A stretch of 64,000 bases of DNA from Myxococcota bacterium (GTDB taxonomy: Bacteria > Myxococcota_A > UBA796 > CAJQPC01). The notes below the pieces were generated by a model. That model searched no databases. It was not told the DNA's origin and saw only the letters and a program-made list of their open reading frames with translations. How positions within the stretch are numbered: the stretch's first letter is position 1; each line of letters starts with the position of its first letter. The stretch covers positions 64,001-128,000 of the forward strand of contig DASCPX010000129.1 in the NCBI GenBank assembly GCA_036012755.1, read 5' to 3'. Position numbers and translations under genes: made by a program. This document shows, one piece after another, positions 11,237-23,775 of this stretch.

Positions 11237-13020
11237 TCTGGATGCTGGCAGGCCTCGCACAGGCCCAGGACGACGACGTGAGTGCCGGGGACGCCCCGGA
11301 GATCAACGCTCAGCTCTTCCGCCCGTCGATCGACAGTCGCCACACCCTGTGGACCGACGAGTCCGTCAGTGGAGCGACGAGGGACACCTCCTTCCGAGCT
11401 GCCTTGCACTACGTGAACGACCCGCTGGTCTACACCTATGCGGACGACACCCGCGCCGAGCTGGTGAGCGGCTTGTGGCAGCTCTCGCTGATGGCCGGCC
11501 ATGTCCGCGGACCGGTGCGCCTGGGTGTCGACCTGCCCGTCTACCTCCGCAGCTTCGGCACGGCGGGCGGCGAGACTGGGCTCGGAGACGTCGCCGTGGA
11601 TGTCAGGGCGACGGCGTGGGACCGCTACGAGCGTCCCGTCGGGATCGCGGTCGCGGGACGCGTCGGAGTCCCGACCGCTACCGTCCAGGCACCGCTCGGC
11701 AGCGGTGGCATCGGCTGGGAAGCGGCCTTGATCGTCGACAAACAGGTCACCGAGCAGTTCCTGGTCGCCGCGAACATCGGCACCCGTGGCATGCCGGCGG
11801 TCGAGCTCGAGAACATCGAGTGGGACGACCAGCTCTTCATTCGGGTCGGTGGCGGCTACTCGATCGATGACATCACCTCGATCTCCCTCGACGTCGCGAG
11901 CCAGTTCACCTACGGCGTCTCGGAGCCGGAAGGCCGGCCTGTCGAGGCCCTGCTCGGCGGCGCTCGGCGACTCGGCGCGGAGAGCCCCTTCGTGGTCCGC
12001 GGGGGTATGGGCACCGGCCTGAACTCCGGCATCGGGGCCCCCAAGTACAGGGTCGTCGCCGCCATCGCCTACGAACTCCCCGGCGAGCGGGATCGTGACG
12101 GCGACACGATCATCGACCGCGAGGACCAGTGCACGAACGAGGCAGAGGACCTCGATGGGATCAAGGATGACGACGGTTGCCCCGACCCCACGCGCGTCGT
12201 GGTCGAGGTCTACGATCGTCGGCTCCAGCCTGTCGATGACGCGACCTGGACCTTGGAGGGACCACAGAGCTCCAGCGGGCGCTCGTTCCAGTCCGGCGAG
12301 GTCTTCGGCGGCGACTTCACGCTGACCGTCGAGGCCCCGGCCTTCGGTCAGCTCGTGCAAGAGGTCCAGGTCCCCGATGCCAGGGCGCACACCCTCCGGG
12401 TCGAGCTCGGCGTGCCGATGGGCACGCTGACGATCGTCGCCCACACGCCAGGAGGAAAGCCGATCGAAGGCGCGGTCTGGCGTTCCTCGGCGACGAACTA
12501 CGAGGAGGTCGTCACTGGCGAGGCCTACTCCCTGGCCCCGGGGAGCCACGATCTCGTCGTCACCGCCCCAGGTTTCCAGGCGGGCGAGGCCACCGCCCAG
12601 GTCGTGTCCTTTGGAGAAGGAACGGTGGTCGTCACGCTGGAGCGGTCCCGAGCGCGCCTGGTCGGCTCCCAGATCGAGATCAGCGACTCGGTCTACTTCG
12701 AGACGGGCTCCGCGACCATCGAGCTGGAGAGCCACAGTCTCCTGCGCGAGGTCGCGCAGGTGCTCGGCGCCCACCCGGAGCTGAAGAAGGTCCGCGTCGA
12801 AGGCCACACCGACAGCCGAGGCGCGGCGGAGGACAACAAGTCCCTCTCTCAGGAGCGCGCGGAGGCGGTCGTTGCCTACCTCGTCGAGCAGGGCGTCGAG
12901 GCCGCCCGCCTCGAAGCGGTCGGCTATGGCCAGGAGCGTCCCCTCTTGAAGGAGGAGACGCCAGAGGCCCACGAGATGAACCAGCGCGTCGACTTCTTCG
13001 TCGCCGAGCGCGACGAGTAG
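11233..13020 (+). CDS. TraB-like outer-membrane protein (beta-barrel, TSP3 repeats, PEGA-like segments, OmpA C-terminal domain)
   Basis: N-terminal barrel-like region (INAQLFRPS, LHYVNDPLV, GLGDVAVD), DRDGDTIIDREDQC, and OmpA motifs VYFETGS, VRVEGHTDSRG, NKSLSQERAEAV, NQRVDF. ATGA-coupled to the upstream gene. Confidence 0.85.
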   Translation: MIWMLAGLAQAQDDDVSAGDAPEINAQLFRPSIDSRHTLWTDESVSGATRDTSFRAALHYVNDPLVYTYADDTRAELVSGLWQLSLMAGHVRGPVRLGVDLPVYLRSFGTAGGETGLGDVAVDVRATAWDRYERPVGIAVAGRVGVPTATVQAPLGSGGIGWEAALIVDKQVTEQFLVAANIGTRGMPAVELENIEWDDQLFIRVGGGYSIDDITSISLDVASQFTYGVSEPEGRPVEALLGGARRLGAESPFVVRGGMGTGLNSGIGAPKYRVVAAIAYELPGERDRDGDTIIDREDQCTNEAEDLDGIKDDDGCPDPTRVVVEVYDRRLQPVDDATWTLEGPQSSSGRSFQSGEVFGGDFTLTVEAPAFGQLVQEVQVPDARAHTLRVELGVPMGTLTIVAHTPGGKPIEGAVWRSSATNYEEVVTGEAYSLAPGSHDLVVTAPGFQAGEATAQVVSFGEGTVVVTLERSRARLVGSQIEISDSVYFETGSATIELESHSLLREVAQVLGAHPELKKVRVEGHTDSRGAAEDNKSLSQERAEAVVAYLVEQGVEAARLEAVGYGQERPLLKEETPEAHEMNQRVDFFVAERDE

Positions 13021-13021
13021 G

Positions 13022-13594
13022 TCACTCCACGACAGCAGCCGCCCGGTAGAGCTCCTGCATCATGAAGTCCGCGGAACCCACCTGGGTCGCGCGGACGATC
13101 CACTCGGGGATGCTGCCGGCGGGGTCGTAGTAGAAGAGCGCCTCGACGACGACGCCGTCCTCGGCTGGAAGGATGCGGTAGTAGCCCTCGTCACGGTCTG
13201 GGTTCACGCGGCTGGGGTCGACCTCTGGCTGCACCGGGGACCGGACCCAGTCGTGGCGCGTGGCCCCGTCATCCTCGCTGGACCAGGTCCAGGTGAGCTC
13301 GATCTCACGGTCGTCGACACCAGGGAGGTCGTGAACGTGGTGGACGCGGACCTGCTCGTCGGTGCGCTCGACCTCTTCGCAGGTCGCTATGGAGGCCCAG
13401 GTGTCGTCATGGTCGCTGTAGGCCGAGATCAGGGCTTCGATGGCCCCTGCGTCGATGTCGGCCCAGGTGCAGGTCGCGTGCAGCGGACTGTTGTTTTCGG
13501 CTTCGGTGGGGCCCCTCCGAAAGACGCATCCCCCGGACTCCCGGACCACCTCCCAGCTGTCCTGACCGAGGACGACCGGGAGGACGAGCCACAT
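13022..13594 (-). CDS. Secreted START/SRPBCC-like lipid-binding protein
   Basis: PGVDDRE and YYDPAGSIPEWIV START signature. ATG at 13594 overlaps the upstream stop. Confidence 0.7.
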   Translation of the reverse strand: MWLVLPVVLGQDSWEVVRESGGCVFRRGPTEAENNSPLHATCTWADIDAGAIEALISAYSDHDDTWASIATCEEVERTDEQVRVHHVHDLPGVDDREIELTWTWSSEDDGATRHDWVRSPVQPEVDPSRVNPDRDEGYYRILPAEDGVVVEALFYYDPAGSIPEWIVRATQVGSADFMMQELYRAAAVVE

Positions 13595-14166
13595 CAGTTC
13601 GCGGTCGTGTAGGCCCGCAAATCGCCCAGGAAGTCGATGATGCCGGTGCCCTGGAAGGCCCGGATGACGAAGCTCGGCACCGAGCCGCCCGGCGCATAGT
13701 CGAGCACGTAGACGAGCGAGACGCCGCCCTTTTCGTGCTCGCTGATCACCCACTTGCCCGTGTTGACCTCTGTGTTGATGCGGCCATCGGCCACCGCGGG
13801 CTGGGTCTTGGCTTTCGTCCACCAGTGGATGATGGCGTCACCATCGGTCTTCCGTCCCATCAGCTCGACGAGCTCGCGGTCGTCCAGCGGTGGGTTGCGG
13901 TGGACCTGCCTCACGCTGCTGGTGCCGTCTTTTTCCGAGAGCACGGTGCTCTCGATGATGATCGTGAAGACATCATCGTGGATGCCCACGTCGCCGAGGA
14001 TCTGATCGATCTCCTCGACGGTCTGCTCCGGCCAGTGGCACTCGGCGTGGACTGTACCGATCCCTTGGGCGTTCTCTGGCCCGATGTAGATCGTGCAGCC
14101 GTTGCCGGACTTGCCTTCGGCGAAGCCCTTCGGTGCGGCGAGGGCGGTGGCGACGAGAAACAGCAT
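13594..14166 (-). CDS. Secreted START/SRPBCC-like lipid-binding protein
   Basis: PPLDDRE and YAPGGSVPSFVI; paralog of the adjacent gene. Confidence 0.7.
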   Translation of the reverse strand: MLFLVATALAAPKGFAEGKSGNGCTIYIGPENAQGIGTVHAECHWPEQTVEEIDQILGDVGIHDDVFTIIIESTVLSEKDGTSSVRQVHRNPPLDDRELVELMGRKTDGDAIIHWWTKAKTQPAVADGRINTEVNTGKWVISEHEKGGVSLVYVLDYAPGGSVPSFVIRAFQGTGIIDFLGDLRAYTTAN

Positions 14167-14222
14167 GTTGACTCCAGAGACGCCGAACCTAACACCGCGG
14201 CCCCTGGTTAGACTCCGCGCCT

Positions 14223-15440
14223 ATGTCCAGAGCGGTGGTCATCGGCGGAGGCATCACGGGCACGCTGGTTGCCATGGAGTTGCGTCGGTCCGGCCGGGAG
14301 GTGGTGCTGCTGGAGGGGCAGCACGTCGGCGCGGGCTCGTCTTCCCGAACGGCTGCCGGCATTCGCCAGCAGTTCTCTACCCGCGAGACGGTGCTGGGGA
14401 TGCGCTACAGCGTCGACTTCTATCGCCGCTGGTCGGAGATCGTGGGCGGCGGTGGTGATCCGATCCACCAGAATGGCTACCTGTTCTTGATCGACGACCC
14501 GACCCGGTGGGAGGGAGCCGCTCGTCGGGTCGAGGACCAGAAGAGGTGGGGGCTGGATGACGTCGAGGCCCTGTCGCCGGACGAGGTCGCCGCTCGCTTC
14601 CCCTTCGTCGACAGCGACGCCATCTGCGGCGGCACCTGGTGCCCGAGCGACGGCTTCCTGCGACCAGAGGTCGTCTACAACGACGCGGCGGCCGCCTTCA
14701 GGGTGCAGGGCGGTGAGCTCCGCCAGAACGCCGAGGTCACCGGCAGCGAGCTCCTCGGGGGACGGCTCGTCGCGGTCGAGACGACCAAGGGCCGGGTCGA
14801 GGGCGATGTCTTCGTCGACTGCACCAACGCCTGGACCCGGCGGGTCGCGCCGCTGTTGGGTGGGACGCCGCTCCCGGTCGCTGCGCTGAAGCGCTACCTC
14901 TGGTTCTTCGAGCGCGGCGGCCCGATGAGCTCGGCAGAGCTCCTTGCGATGCCGCTGACCATCGTGCCTGGCGGGGCCTACTGCCGCCCCGAGAACTCGG
15001 CGTCGTTGATGGTCGGCTGGAAGCACGACGCAGAGGACGTGAGCGCCTCCTTCACCTACGAGGACCAGGACAGCGTGGAGTCGGGCTTCTCCCACAAGAC
15101 CGGGATCGACGCCCGCCCCTTCGACGCGTGGATGGCCCTGGCGGATGTGCTGCCGCCGGTCGGCGAGTTCGCTGGCATCGCCGCCACGACCGCTGGGTTC
15201 TACGGGACGACCCCTGACCACAACCCCTACCTGGACATCGATCCGCAGGTGCCGAACCTCGTTCGCCTGGTCGGCTTCTCCGGCCATGGGGCGATGTTTG
15301 GCCCCTTTTCGGCGCGGGTGGCTGTGGAGTTGTGCGGCGGGAAGCACCCTGGGAGCATCGAGGTGCTCGGCGAGTCGGTCTCGCTCGAGGCCTTCCGCAT
15401 CGGCCGCCCTTCTGGGGACGCGGAGGCCATGGTCATCTGA
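14223..15440 (+). CDS. FAD-dependent oxidoreductase (sarcosine oxidase beta/DAO family)
   Basis: VVIGGGITG, SSRTAAGIRQQFS, GYLFL, TPDHNP, GFSGHGAMFGP. Confidence 0.88.
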   Translation: MSRAVVIGGGITGTLVAMELRRSGREVVLLEGQHVGAGSSSRTAAGIRQQFSTRETVLGMRYSVDFYRRWSEIVGGGGDPIHQNGYLFLIDDPTRWEGAARRVEDQKRWGLDDVEALSPDEVAARFPFVDSDAICGGTWCPSDGFLRPEVVYNDAAAAFRVQGGELRQNAEVTGSELLGGRLVAVETTKGRVEGDVFVDCTNAWTRRVAPLLGGTPLPVAALKRYLWFFERGGPMSSAELLAMPLTIVPGGAYCRPENSASLMVGWKHDAEDVSASFTYEDQDSVESGFSHKTGIDARPFDAWMALADVLPPVGEFAGIAATTAGFYGTTPDHNPYLDIDPQVPNLVRLVGFSGHGAMFGPFSARVAVELCGGKHPGSIEVLGESVSLEAFRIGRPSGDAEAMVI

Positions 15441-15449
15441 GCGCATGTC

Positions 15450-15833
15450 ATGGCAACGAAAGGCCTGGCGACAGAGATCATGTATATTTTTGTCTCAGTG
15501 GCTCGGAACCCCCCAACCAGCCGAACACATGGCCGAATTCGGTTGAACGGATGGGCGGACTACCGGCAGGGTGAACTCTACGGGTCGTGGGTCCTGTTGG
15601 ATGTGAGCGCAGGCGGCTTCTGCGCCTGTGGGGATCTCGGGGCGCTCGACCTCGAGAAGCCCCTGGACGTGGAGCTGCGAAACGATGAGCGCACGCTGGA
15701 GACCCGCCTGCTGATCGCCTGGCGGCGCTACGAGCCCACCGGCGTGTCGGTCCATGGCTGGACCTTCCTCCACGAGGTCCCGGACATCCTGGACTTCATG
15801 GCATCGCTCACCCGCGGGGCCCACTCGGGGTGA
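15450..15833 (+). CDS. PilZ-domain protein
   Basis: RTHGR (RxxxR) and LLDVSAGG (DxSxxG). The start is uncertain. Confidence 0.6.
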   Translation: MATKGLATEIMYIFVSVARNPPTSRTHGRIRLNGWADYRQGELYGSWVLLDVSAGGFCACGDLGALDLEKPLDVELRNDERTLETRLLIAWRRYEPTGVSVHGWTFLHEVPDILDFMASLTRGAHSG

Positions 15834-16474
15834 TCGTCGAGCCGTCGCTGGTGCTGGGGACCCACCCCGCCATCGTCGGACGTGACCGCCAGTGCGACGT
15901 CGCGCTCGACGACGAGAGCGTCGCCGAGCACCACGTCTGCGCCTGGGCGGAGGGCGACCAGGTCATTGTCGCCAGCCTGGGATCCGGGGTTCCGATCGAG
16001 CTCGACGGTCGAGCGGTCGTCGGTCGCGCGAGCGCTCTGTCTGGCTCCTGGCTCTTGCTGGGGAACGCGCCGCCATTCCGCCTGGTGGCTTCGGCGCTCT
16101 CTGATGCGCCGGTGCGCCTCTCGCTGCGCAACGCGCCGCAGCTGTGGGTCCGCTTCGACCACTCCCGCCAGACGCCGCGCCTGACACTGCAGCTGGGACG
16201 TACGGCGGACATCGCCTTCGTCCTGGCCGCTCGCCTGGCCTGGGATGGCACCTTGCGGCTCGGCGCCGACGCCGGCTGGCTCGACGACCAGGATCTCGCG
16301 GACCAGCTCTGGGGCAAGGGCCGATGTGCCGAGGGATCCCTCAACGTCGCCGTCCATCGTCTCCGCGGCGAGCTCGAGGAGCACGGCTTCGCGCGTGATC
16401 TCGTACAGAAGGCCCAGGGGCGAACGCGCCTCCGGCCGGACAGGGTCGGGGTCCACGCCGCGCTGCTGAGATGA
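15830..16474 (+). CDS. FHA-like domain plus C-terminal winged-helix protein
   Basis: IVGRDRQCDVALDDESVAEHH (FHA-like) and LADQLWG...SLNVAVHRLRGEL (OmpR-type wHTH). Confidence 0.7.
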   Translation: MIVEPSLVLGTHPAIVGRDRQCDVALDDESVAEHHVCAWAEGDQVIVASLGSGVPIELDGRAVVGRASALSGSWLLLGNAPPFRLVASALSDAPVRLSLRNAPQLWVRFDHSRQTPRLTLQLGRTADIAFVLAARLAWDGTLRLGADAGWLDDQDLADQLWGKGRCAEGSLNVAVHRLRGELEEHGFARDLVQKAQGRTRLRPDRVGVHAALLR

Positions 16475-16531
16475 AAGTTTACTGGTCCAACGCCCACTTT
16501 CTTACTAGTCTGGAGTTCTGAGGGAGTCCAG

Positions 16532-17011
16532 ATGGACCGCAAGCCATCCGTTCCGCGCTCCGGAGTCCGCAAGCGTCTGCCAGGTCACGCCGTGTACCGC
16601 CAGGGCGATTGTCGAGGCCAGTGGCGCCTCCTCGACCTCTCGGAGGGCGGCTTCCAGGCTGCCGGCGACATCGGCGAGCTCGAACTCTCGAAGGACGTCA
16701 TCGTTCGCATCAGGCACGGAGACCGGGACTTCAGCGCTCGTGTCGTGAACGTCTGGCGCCGCCGGACGCCCGGAGGCGACTGTCTGCATGGCTGGGAGAT
16801 CGCCGAGCTCTCGGACGATGCGAGCGTCGGCCTCGAGCTCACCCTCGATGCGGGGGCCGAGAGAGCTCCTCTCCCGAGCCTCCCGAAGGCCCGGCCCGAG
16901 GTCTCCGCCGCGCCGGCACCCTCGACTCCCCGGATTCCATGGGGTGCGTGGGTTGCGCTCCTGAGCCTCACGGCTGCGCTGGTCGCAGGAGTCATCACGC
17001 TCTACCTCTGA
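16532..17011 (+). CDS. PilZ-domain protein with C-terminal TM helix
   Basis: RSGVR and LLDLSEGG motifs; hydrophobic C-terminus. Confidence 0.65.
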   Translation: MDRKPSVPRSGVRKRLPGHAVYRQGDCRGQWRLLDLSEGGFQAAGDIGELELSKDVIVRIRHGDRDFSARVVNVWRRRTPGGDCLHGWEIAELSDDASVGLELTLDAGAERAPLPSLPKARPEVSAAPAPSTPRIPWGAWVALLSLTAALVAGVITLYL

Positions 17012-17089
17012 GCGGCCCGCTCTCGGCGGCCCTGTTGACCGGAGCCGACCCTTCGGCTCTAGTTCCCGCGACCGCTAGCCAGGAAGGCC

Positions 17090-20000
17090 GTGATGATGGA
17101 CAGCGCGATTCGTATGCTCGGGCTCTGGGGGCTGATCACCCTCGCGCTCGCTCCGGGGATCGCCGCTGCGGCTTGCGGTGACGGCACGCTCGACACGGGC
17201 GAGGACTGTGACGACGAGAACACCACCAATGGCGACGGCTGCGACAGCAGCTGCGCGGTCGAGCTGGGCTGGGAGTGCGTGCAGTCCAGCTTCGAGCTGG
17301 ACTTCGCCGAGGTCGTGTACGACGACGGCCACAGTTCCCCGAGCTGGACGCTGAGCTCGGACAAGGCGACGGTGACGCAGTCCGTCAACGCCGACGCGGC
17401 GGTCTACGTGTCCACCCTGCCCGCCGAGGGCACGGCGATCACGGTCGAGCTGACCGTGAACACCAGCAGCGACGACGACTTCATCGGCTTTGCCCTGGGC
17501 TACGACGCTGGCGAAGGCTCCAGCTCGAGCGGTGAGTGGCTGCTCTTCGACTGGAAGCAAGGCACCCAGTACAGCAGCAACTGCGGCTACGGCAACGCCG
17601 GTACGGCGCTCTCCCTGGTCAGCGGGGCGCTCGCAGTTGGCGACACCTGGTGTCACACGGGCGCTATCAGCGAGATCACCCGGGGCAGCACCTATGGCTC
17701 GACCGGTTGGAGCGACAACACGACCTACACGGTGGTGGTCGAGTGCACCGCTACGACCCTGGACGTGTCGATCAACGGGAGTGTGGACATCGCCGAGACC
17801 GGCACCTTCGACTGCGGCAACTTCGGCTTCTACAACTACAGCCAGGCCAGCATCGAGTACGAGCTCATCGATCCGTTGGACGTCTCGGTCTGTGTCGAGA
17901 TGGACAGCGACGGCGACGGGGTCTACGACGCGGACGAGGACGTCGACGGCTCTGGCGACCTCGACGATGACGACACCGACGGCGACGGGGTCGCCGACTA
18001 CCTCGATACGGACGACGACGGCGACGGCATCGACACGGCGGACGAGGTCTACGACGGCACCACCGACCCCATGGACCAGGACAGCGACGGTGACGGGACC
18101 GCCGACTACCTCGATTCGGACGACGACGACGACGGCGTAGACACCAGCGACGAGGACGTCGACGGCGACGGTGACCCGACCAACGACGACAGCGACGGTG
18201 ATGGCACCGACGACTACCTCGATACGGACGATGACGACGACGGTGTCCTCACAGAGGACGAGGTCGACGAGGGCGACACGGACGGTGACGGCACCGACGA
18301 CTACCTCGACACCGACGACGACGGTGACGGCATCGACACGGCGGACGAGGTCTACGACGGCACCATCGACCCCATGGACCAGGACAGCGACGGTGACGGC
18401 GCTGCCGACTACCTCGACGCGGACGACGACGGTGACGGGGTCGACACCACTGAAGAGGACATCGACGGCGACGGTGACCCCACCAACGACGACTCTGATG
18501 GTGACGGGGACAGCGACTACCTCGATGTCGACGACGACGGCGACGGCATCGACACCATCGACGAGGACGCCGACGGTGACGGCGACCCGACCAACGACGA
18601 CACCGACGGCGACGGGACACCGAACCACCTCGACAGCGACAGCGACGGCGACGGTATCGACGACGACGTCGAGGTGGCAGACGGGACCGATCCCTATGAC
18701 AGCGACTCGGACGACGACGGGCTGGACGACGGCCAGGAGGCGGAGCTGGGCACCGACGCGAACGCGGACGCCGATCTCGACGGAGACGGTCTCAGCGACG
18801 CGGACGAGATCCTCGTCTACGGCACCGACCACGACGACACGGACTCGGACGAGGACGGCATCGAAGACGGGGACGAGGTGACCGAGGGTACGGATCCGGA
18901 CGACGCCGACAGCGACGACGACGGGCTCTCCGACCTCTACGAGCGCGACGTCACCGGCACCGATCCGAACGACAACGACTCAGACGACGACGGCCTCGAC
19001 GATGGCATCGAGCACGTCGTCACCGGCACGGATCCGAACGACTCCGACAGCGACGACGATGGTCTCTCCGATGGCGACGAGGTCACCGCGTACGGCACGG
19101 ATCCCAACCTCGATGACAGCGACGACGACGGTCTGTCCGACGGCGACGAGGTCGACGCGGGGACAGATGCTCTCTCTCGCGACAGCGACGGCGACGGTCT
19201 CTCCGACGGCGACGAGGTCACCGACGGCACGGATCCGCTGGACGGCAGCGACACCGACAACACGGGCACCGACACAGACGGAGATGGACTCTCTGATGCC
19301 TTCGAAGAGGCGATCGGCACGGATCCGGACAACGCCGACACAGACGGTGACGGGCTCTCCGATGGTGACGAGGTCCTCAGCTACGGCACCGACCCGCGCT
19401 GGGGAGACACCGACGGGGACGGCCTCTCCGACGGCGACGAGGTCGACACCTATGGGACCGACGCGCTCTCTCGCGACAGCGACGGTGACGGGCTCGAGGA
19501 TGGGGACGAGCTCCTCGCCAGAGGCACGGACCCGCTCGATGCGGACAGTGACGACGACGGCCTCGACGATGGTGAAGAGGCCGTCTGGGGCACGGACCCG
19601 CTCGATAGCGACAGCGACGGCGACAGCCTGAGCGATGGCGACGAGGTCTGGACCCACGGGACGGATCCGGCCAACGCCGACACCGACGGCGACAGCCTGA
19701 GTGACGGCGAGGAGCTCCTCACCCACGGTACCGATCCGCTCGACGAGGACACGGACGGCGGCGGCGTCTGGGACGGTCAGGAGCTCGACGAGGGCACGGA
19801 CCCGAGCGACGCTGCCGATGATGGCGACGGCACCGACACCGACGGCGACGGGCTCTCGGACGCCTACGAGAACCTCATCGGCACGGACCCCGGGAGCGCT
19901 GATTCCGACGGCGATGGCCTCGATGACGGCGAGGAGGTCGAGAGCTTCGGCACGGATCCGCTGGTGGCGGACAGTGACGGCGATGGCCTCGACGATGGCG

Positions 20001-20677
20001 ACGAGGTCGACGTGTACGGCACCGATCCGGCCAACGGCGACACCGACGGCGACGGTCTGTCCGACGGCGACGAGGTCGATGTGTATGGCACCGACCCACT
20101 CGACGCCGACAGCGACGACGATGATCTCTCGGACGGCGAGGAGGTCGATGTGCACGGCACCGATCCACTCGACGCCGACAGCGACGACGACGATCTGTCG
20201 GATGGCGATGAGCTCCACCAGACCCGGACGGATCCCCTGGACTGGGACACGGACGATGGCGGGCGCGGAGACGGTGACGAGGTGCTGGTGGACGGAACCG
20301 ACGTCCACGAACCCAGCGACGATCTCGCCGACACCGACGGCGACGGTCTCACCGACTGGGACGAGGACAATGTCTACGGCACAGATCCCGAGAACGCGGA
20401 CACCGACGGCGACGGCCTCGACGACGGCGAAGAGGTGAACGACTACGGCACCGACCCGCTGGACGCCGACACCGACGACGGCGGGGTCGACGACGGGGAG
20501 GAGGTGCGCAACGGTACGAACCCGGTGGACAATCCCTCCGACGACTTCCCCGGCGAGTACCTGGGAGGCTGGGGTGCTTGCGCGACCACACCGGCCCCCG
20601 GTGGCGCCGCGGCGCTCCTCTTGATGCTCGCGGGCCTCGTCGGTCTCCGCCGACGGACCACTGGAGGCAGACCATGA
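17090..20677 (+). CDS. Second acidic surface protein, paralog of 5228..11236
   Basis: Same architecture: [26 protein letters not shown], DxDGDG repeats, GGWGAC + TM + RRR. Confidence 0.85.
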   Translation: MMMDSAIRMLGLWGLITLALAPGIAAAACGDGTLDTGEDCDDENTTNGDGCDSSCAVELGWECVQSSFELDFAEVVYDDGHSSPSWTLSSDKATVTQSVNADAAVYVSTLPAEGTAITVELTVNTSSDDDFIGFALGYDAGEGSSSSGEWLLFDWKQGTQYSSNCGYGNAGTALSLVSGALAVGDTWCHTGAISEITRGSTYGSTGWSDNTTYTVVVECTATTLDVSINGSVDIAETGTFDCGNFGFYNYSQASIEYELIDPLDVSVCVEMDSDGDGVYDADEDVDGSGDLDDDDTDGDGVADYLDTDDDGDGIDTADEVYDGTTDPMDQDSDGDGTADYLDSDDDDDGVDTSDEDVDGDGDPTNDDSDGDGTDDYLDTDDDDDGVLTEDEVDEGDTDGDGTDDYLDTDDDGDGIDTADEVYDGTIDPMDQDSDGDGAADYLDADDDGDGVDTTEEDIDGDGDPTNDDSDGDGDSDYLDVDDDGDGIDTIDEDADGDGDPTNDDTDGDGTPNHLDSDSDGDGIDDDVEVADGTDPYDSDSDDDGLDDGQEAELGTDANADADLDGDGLSDADEILVYGTDHDDTDSDEDGIEDGDEVTEGTDPDDADSDDDGLSDLYERDVTGTDPNDNDSDDDGLDDGIEHVVTGTDPNDSDSDDDGLSDGDEVTAYGTDPNLDDSDDDGLSDGDEVDAGTDALSRDSDGDGLSDGDEVTDGTDPLDGSDTDNTGTDTDGDGLSDAFEEAIGTDPDNADTDGDGLSDGDEVLSYGTDPRWGDTDGDGLSDGDEVDTYGTDALSRDSDGDGLEDGDELLARGTDPLDADSDDDGLDDGEEAVWGTDPLDSDSDGDSLSDGDEVWTHGTDPANADTDGDSLSDGEELLTHGTDPLDEDTDGGGVWDGQELDEGTDPSDAADDGDGTDTDGDGLSDAYENLIGTDPGSADSDGDGLDDGEEVESFGTDPLVADSDGDGLDDGDEVDVYGTDPANGDTDGDGLSDGDEVDVYGTDPLDADSDDDDLSDGEEVDVHGTDPLDADSDDDDLSDGDELHQTRTDPLDWDTDDGGRGDGDEVLVDGTDVHEPSDDLADTDGDGLTDWDEDNVYGTDPENADTDGDGLDDGEEVNDYGTDPLDADTDDGGVDDGEEVRNGTNPVDNPSDDFPGEYLGGWGACATTPAPGGAAALLLMLAGLVGLRRRTTGGRP
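17900..20540 (+). repeat. Intragenic DxDGDG repeat array
   Basis: Same two repeat types as the first paralog, with fewer copies. Confidence 0.9.
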
Positions 20678-21534
20678 TGTTGATGTTGATTGGCCTCGCA
20701 GTGGCCCAGGAGGCGGTGGAGAGCGGTGGTGTGCCCGCGATCAACGGACAGTTGTTCAGCCCGAGCGTCGACGCGCAGTCGACGCTGTGGACCAACGACT
20801 CCCAAAAGGCGCCCGATGGCTACACGACCGCGCGTTTCGTCCTGCACTACGTGAACGACCCGGTTGTCTACGTCAACGGCGCGGACGAGATCACGGAGCT
20901 GGTGAGCGGGCTGTGGCAGGCCTCGGTGATGGCGGGCCACACCCGCGGTCCGTTGCGTCTCGGTGTGGATCTGCCGGTCTACCTGCGGTCCAACGGCGCG
21001 GGGGGCGGCGAGACCGGACTCGGCGACGTGGCGCTGGACCTGAAGCTCTCGGCCCTGGACAGGACCGAAAAACCCCTCGGTCTGGCCGTCGCCTACAGGA
21101 TGGGCTTCCCGACCTCCACGGTCTCGGCTCCGCTCGGTTCTGACGGCCTCGGCTGGGATCTCGGGCTCATCCTGGATCGGGAGCTCGGCGACAAGACCCT
21201 GTTGGCGTTGAACCTCGGGACTCGCGGCGTCCCTGACGTGGAGCTCGAGAACCTGGACTATCGCGACCAGTTCTACTGGCGCCTGGGCGTTGGTCGCGCC
21301 GTCGGCGATGCGACCGGATTGTCCGCGGACATCGTGCAACACCGGACCTACGGGGCCAGGGGAGTGGAGGGCGGGAATCCGCTGGAGGCGCTCGTCGGTG
21401 CCCATCGCCGCCTGGGCGAGAGCAACGTCATGCTGCGCGGAGGGCTCGGGACCGGGCTCAACGCTGGCATCGGTGCGCCGAAGTACCGGGTCGTCTTTGC
21501 GTTGGCCTGGGAGCCGCCGCGCGACGACGGCTGA
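20674..21534 (+). CDS. TraB-like outer-membrane beta-barrel protein lacking the OmpA domain
   Basis: Collinear with the N-terminal part of 11233..13020 ([36 protein letters not shown]) and stops right after the barrel. Confidence 0.8.
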   Translation: MMLMLIGLAVAQEAVESGGVPAINGQLFSPSVDAQSTLWTNDSQKAPDGYTTARFVLHYVNDPVVYVNGADEITELVSGLWQASVMAGHTRGPLRLGVDLPVYLRSNGAGGGETGLGDVALDLKLSALDRTEKPLGLAVAYRMGFPTSTVSAPLGSDGLGWDLGLILDRELGDKTLLALNLGTRGVPDVELENLDYRDQFYWRLGVGRAVGDATGLSADIVQHRTYGARGVEGGNPLEALVGAHRRLGESNVMLRGGLGTGLNAGIGAPKYRVVFALAWEPPRDDG

Positions 21535-21573
21535 TTGCGGTTAGATCATGGGTCCTCTCTCTCCGGAGGTCCG

Positions 21574-23774
<2,201 letters not shown>

Positions 23775-23775
<1 letters not shown>

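Noticed and set aside
5066..20308. Long antisense Val-rich ORFs (5066..7015, 7943..11260, 17075..18832, 18980..20308)
   Set aside because: Shadow frames of GAC-rich repeat genes.
6020..20540. CRISPR array
   Set aside because: The repeats are degenerate in-frame coding repeats without a repeat-spacer pattern, and no cas genes are present.
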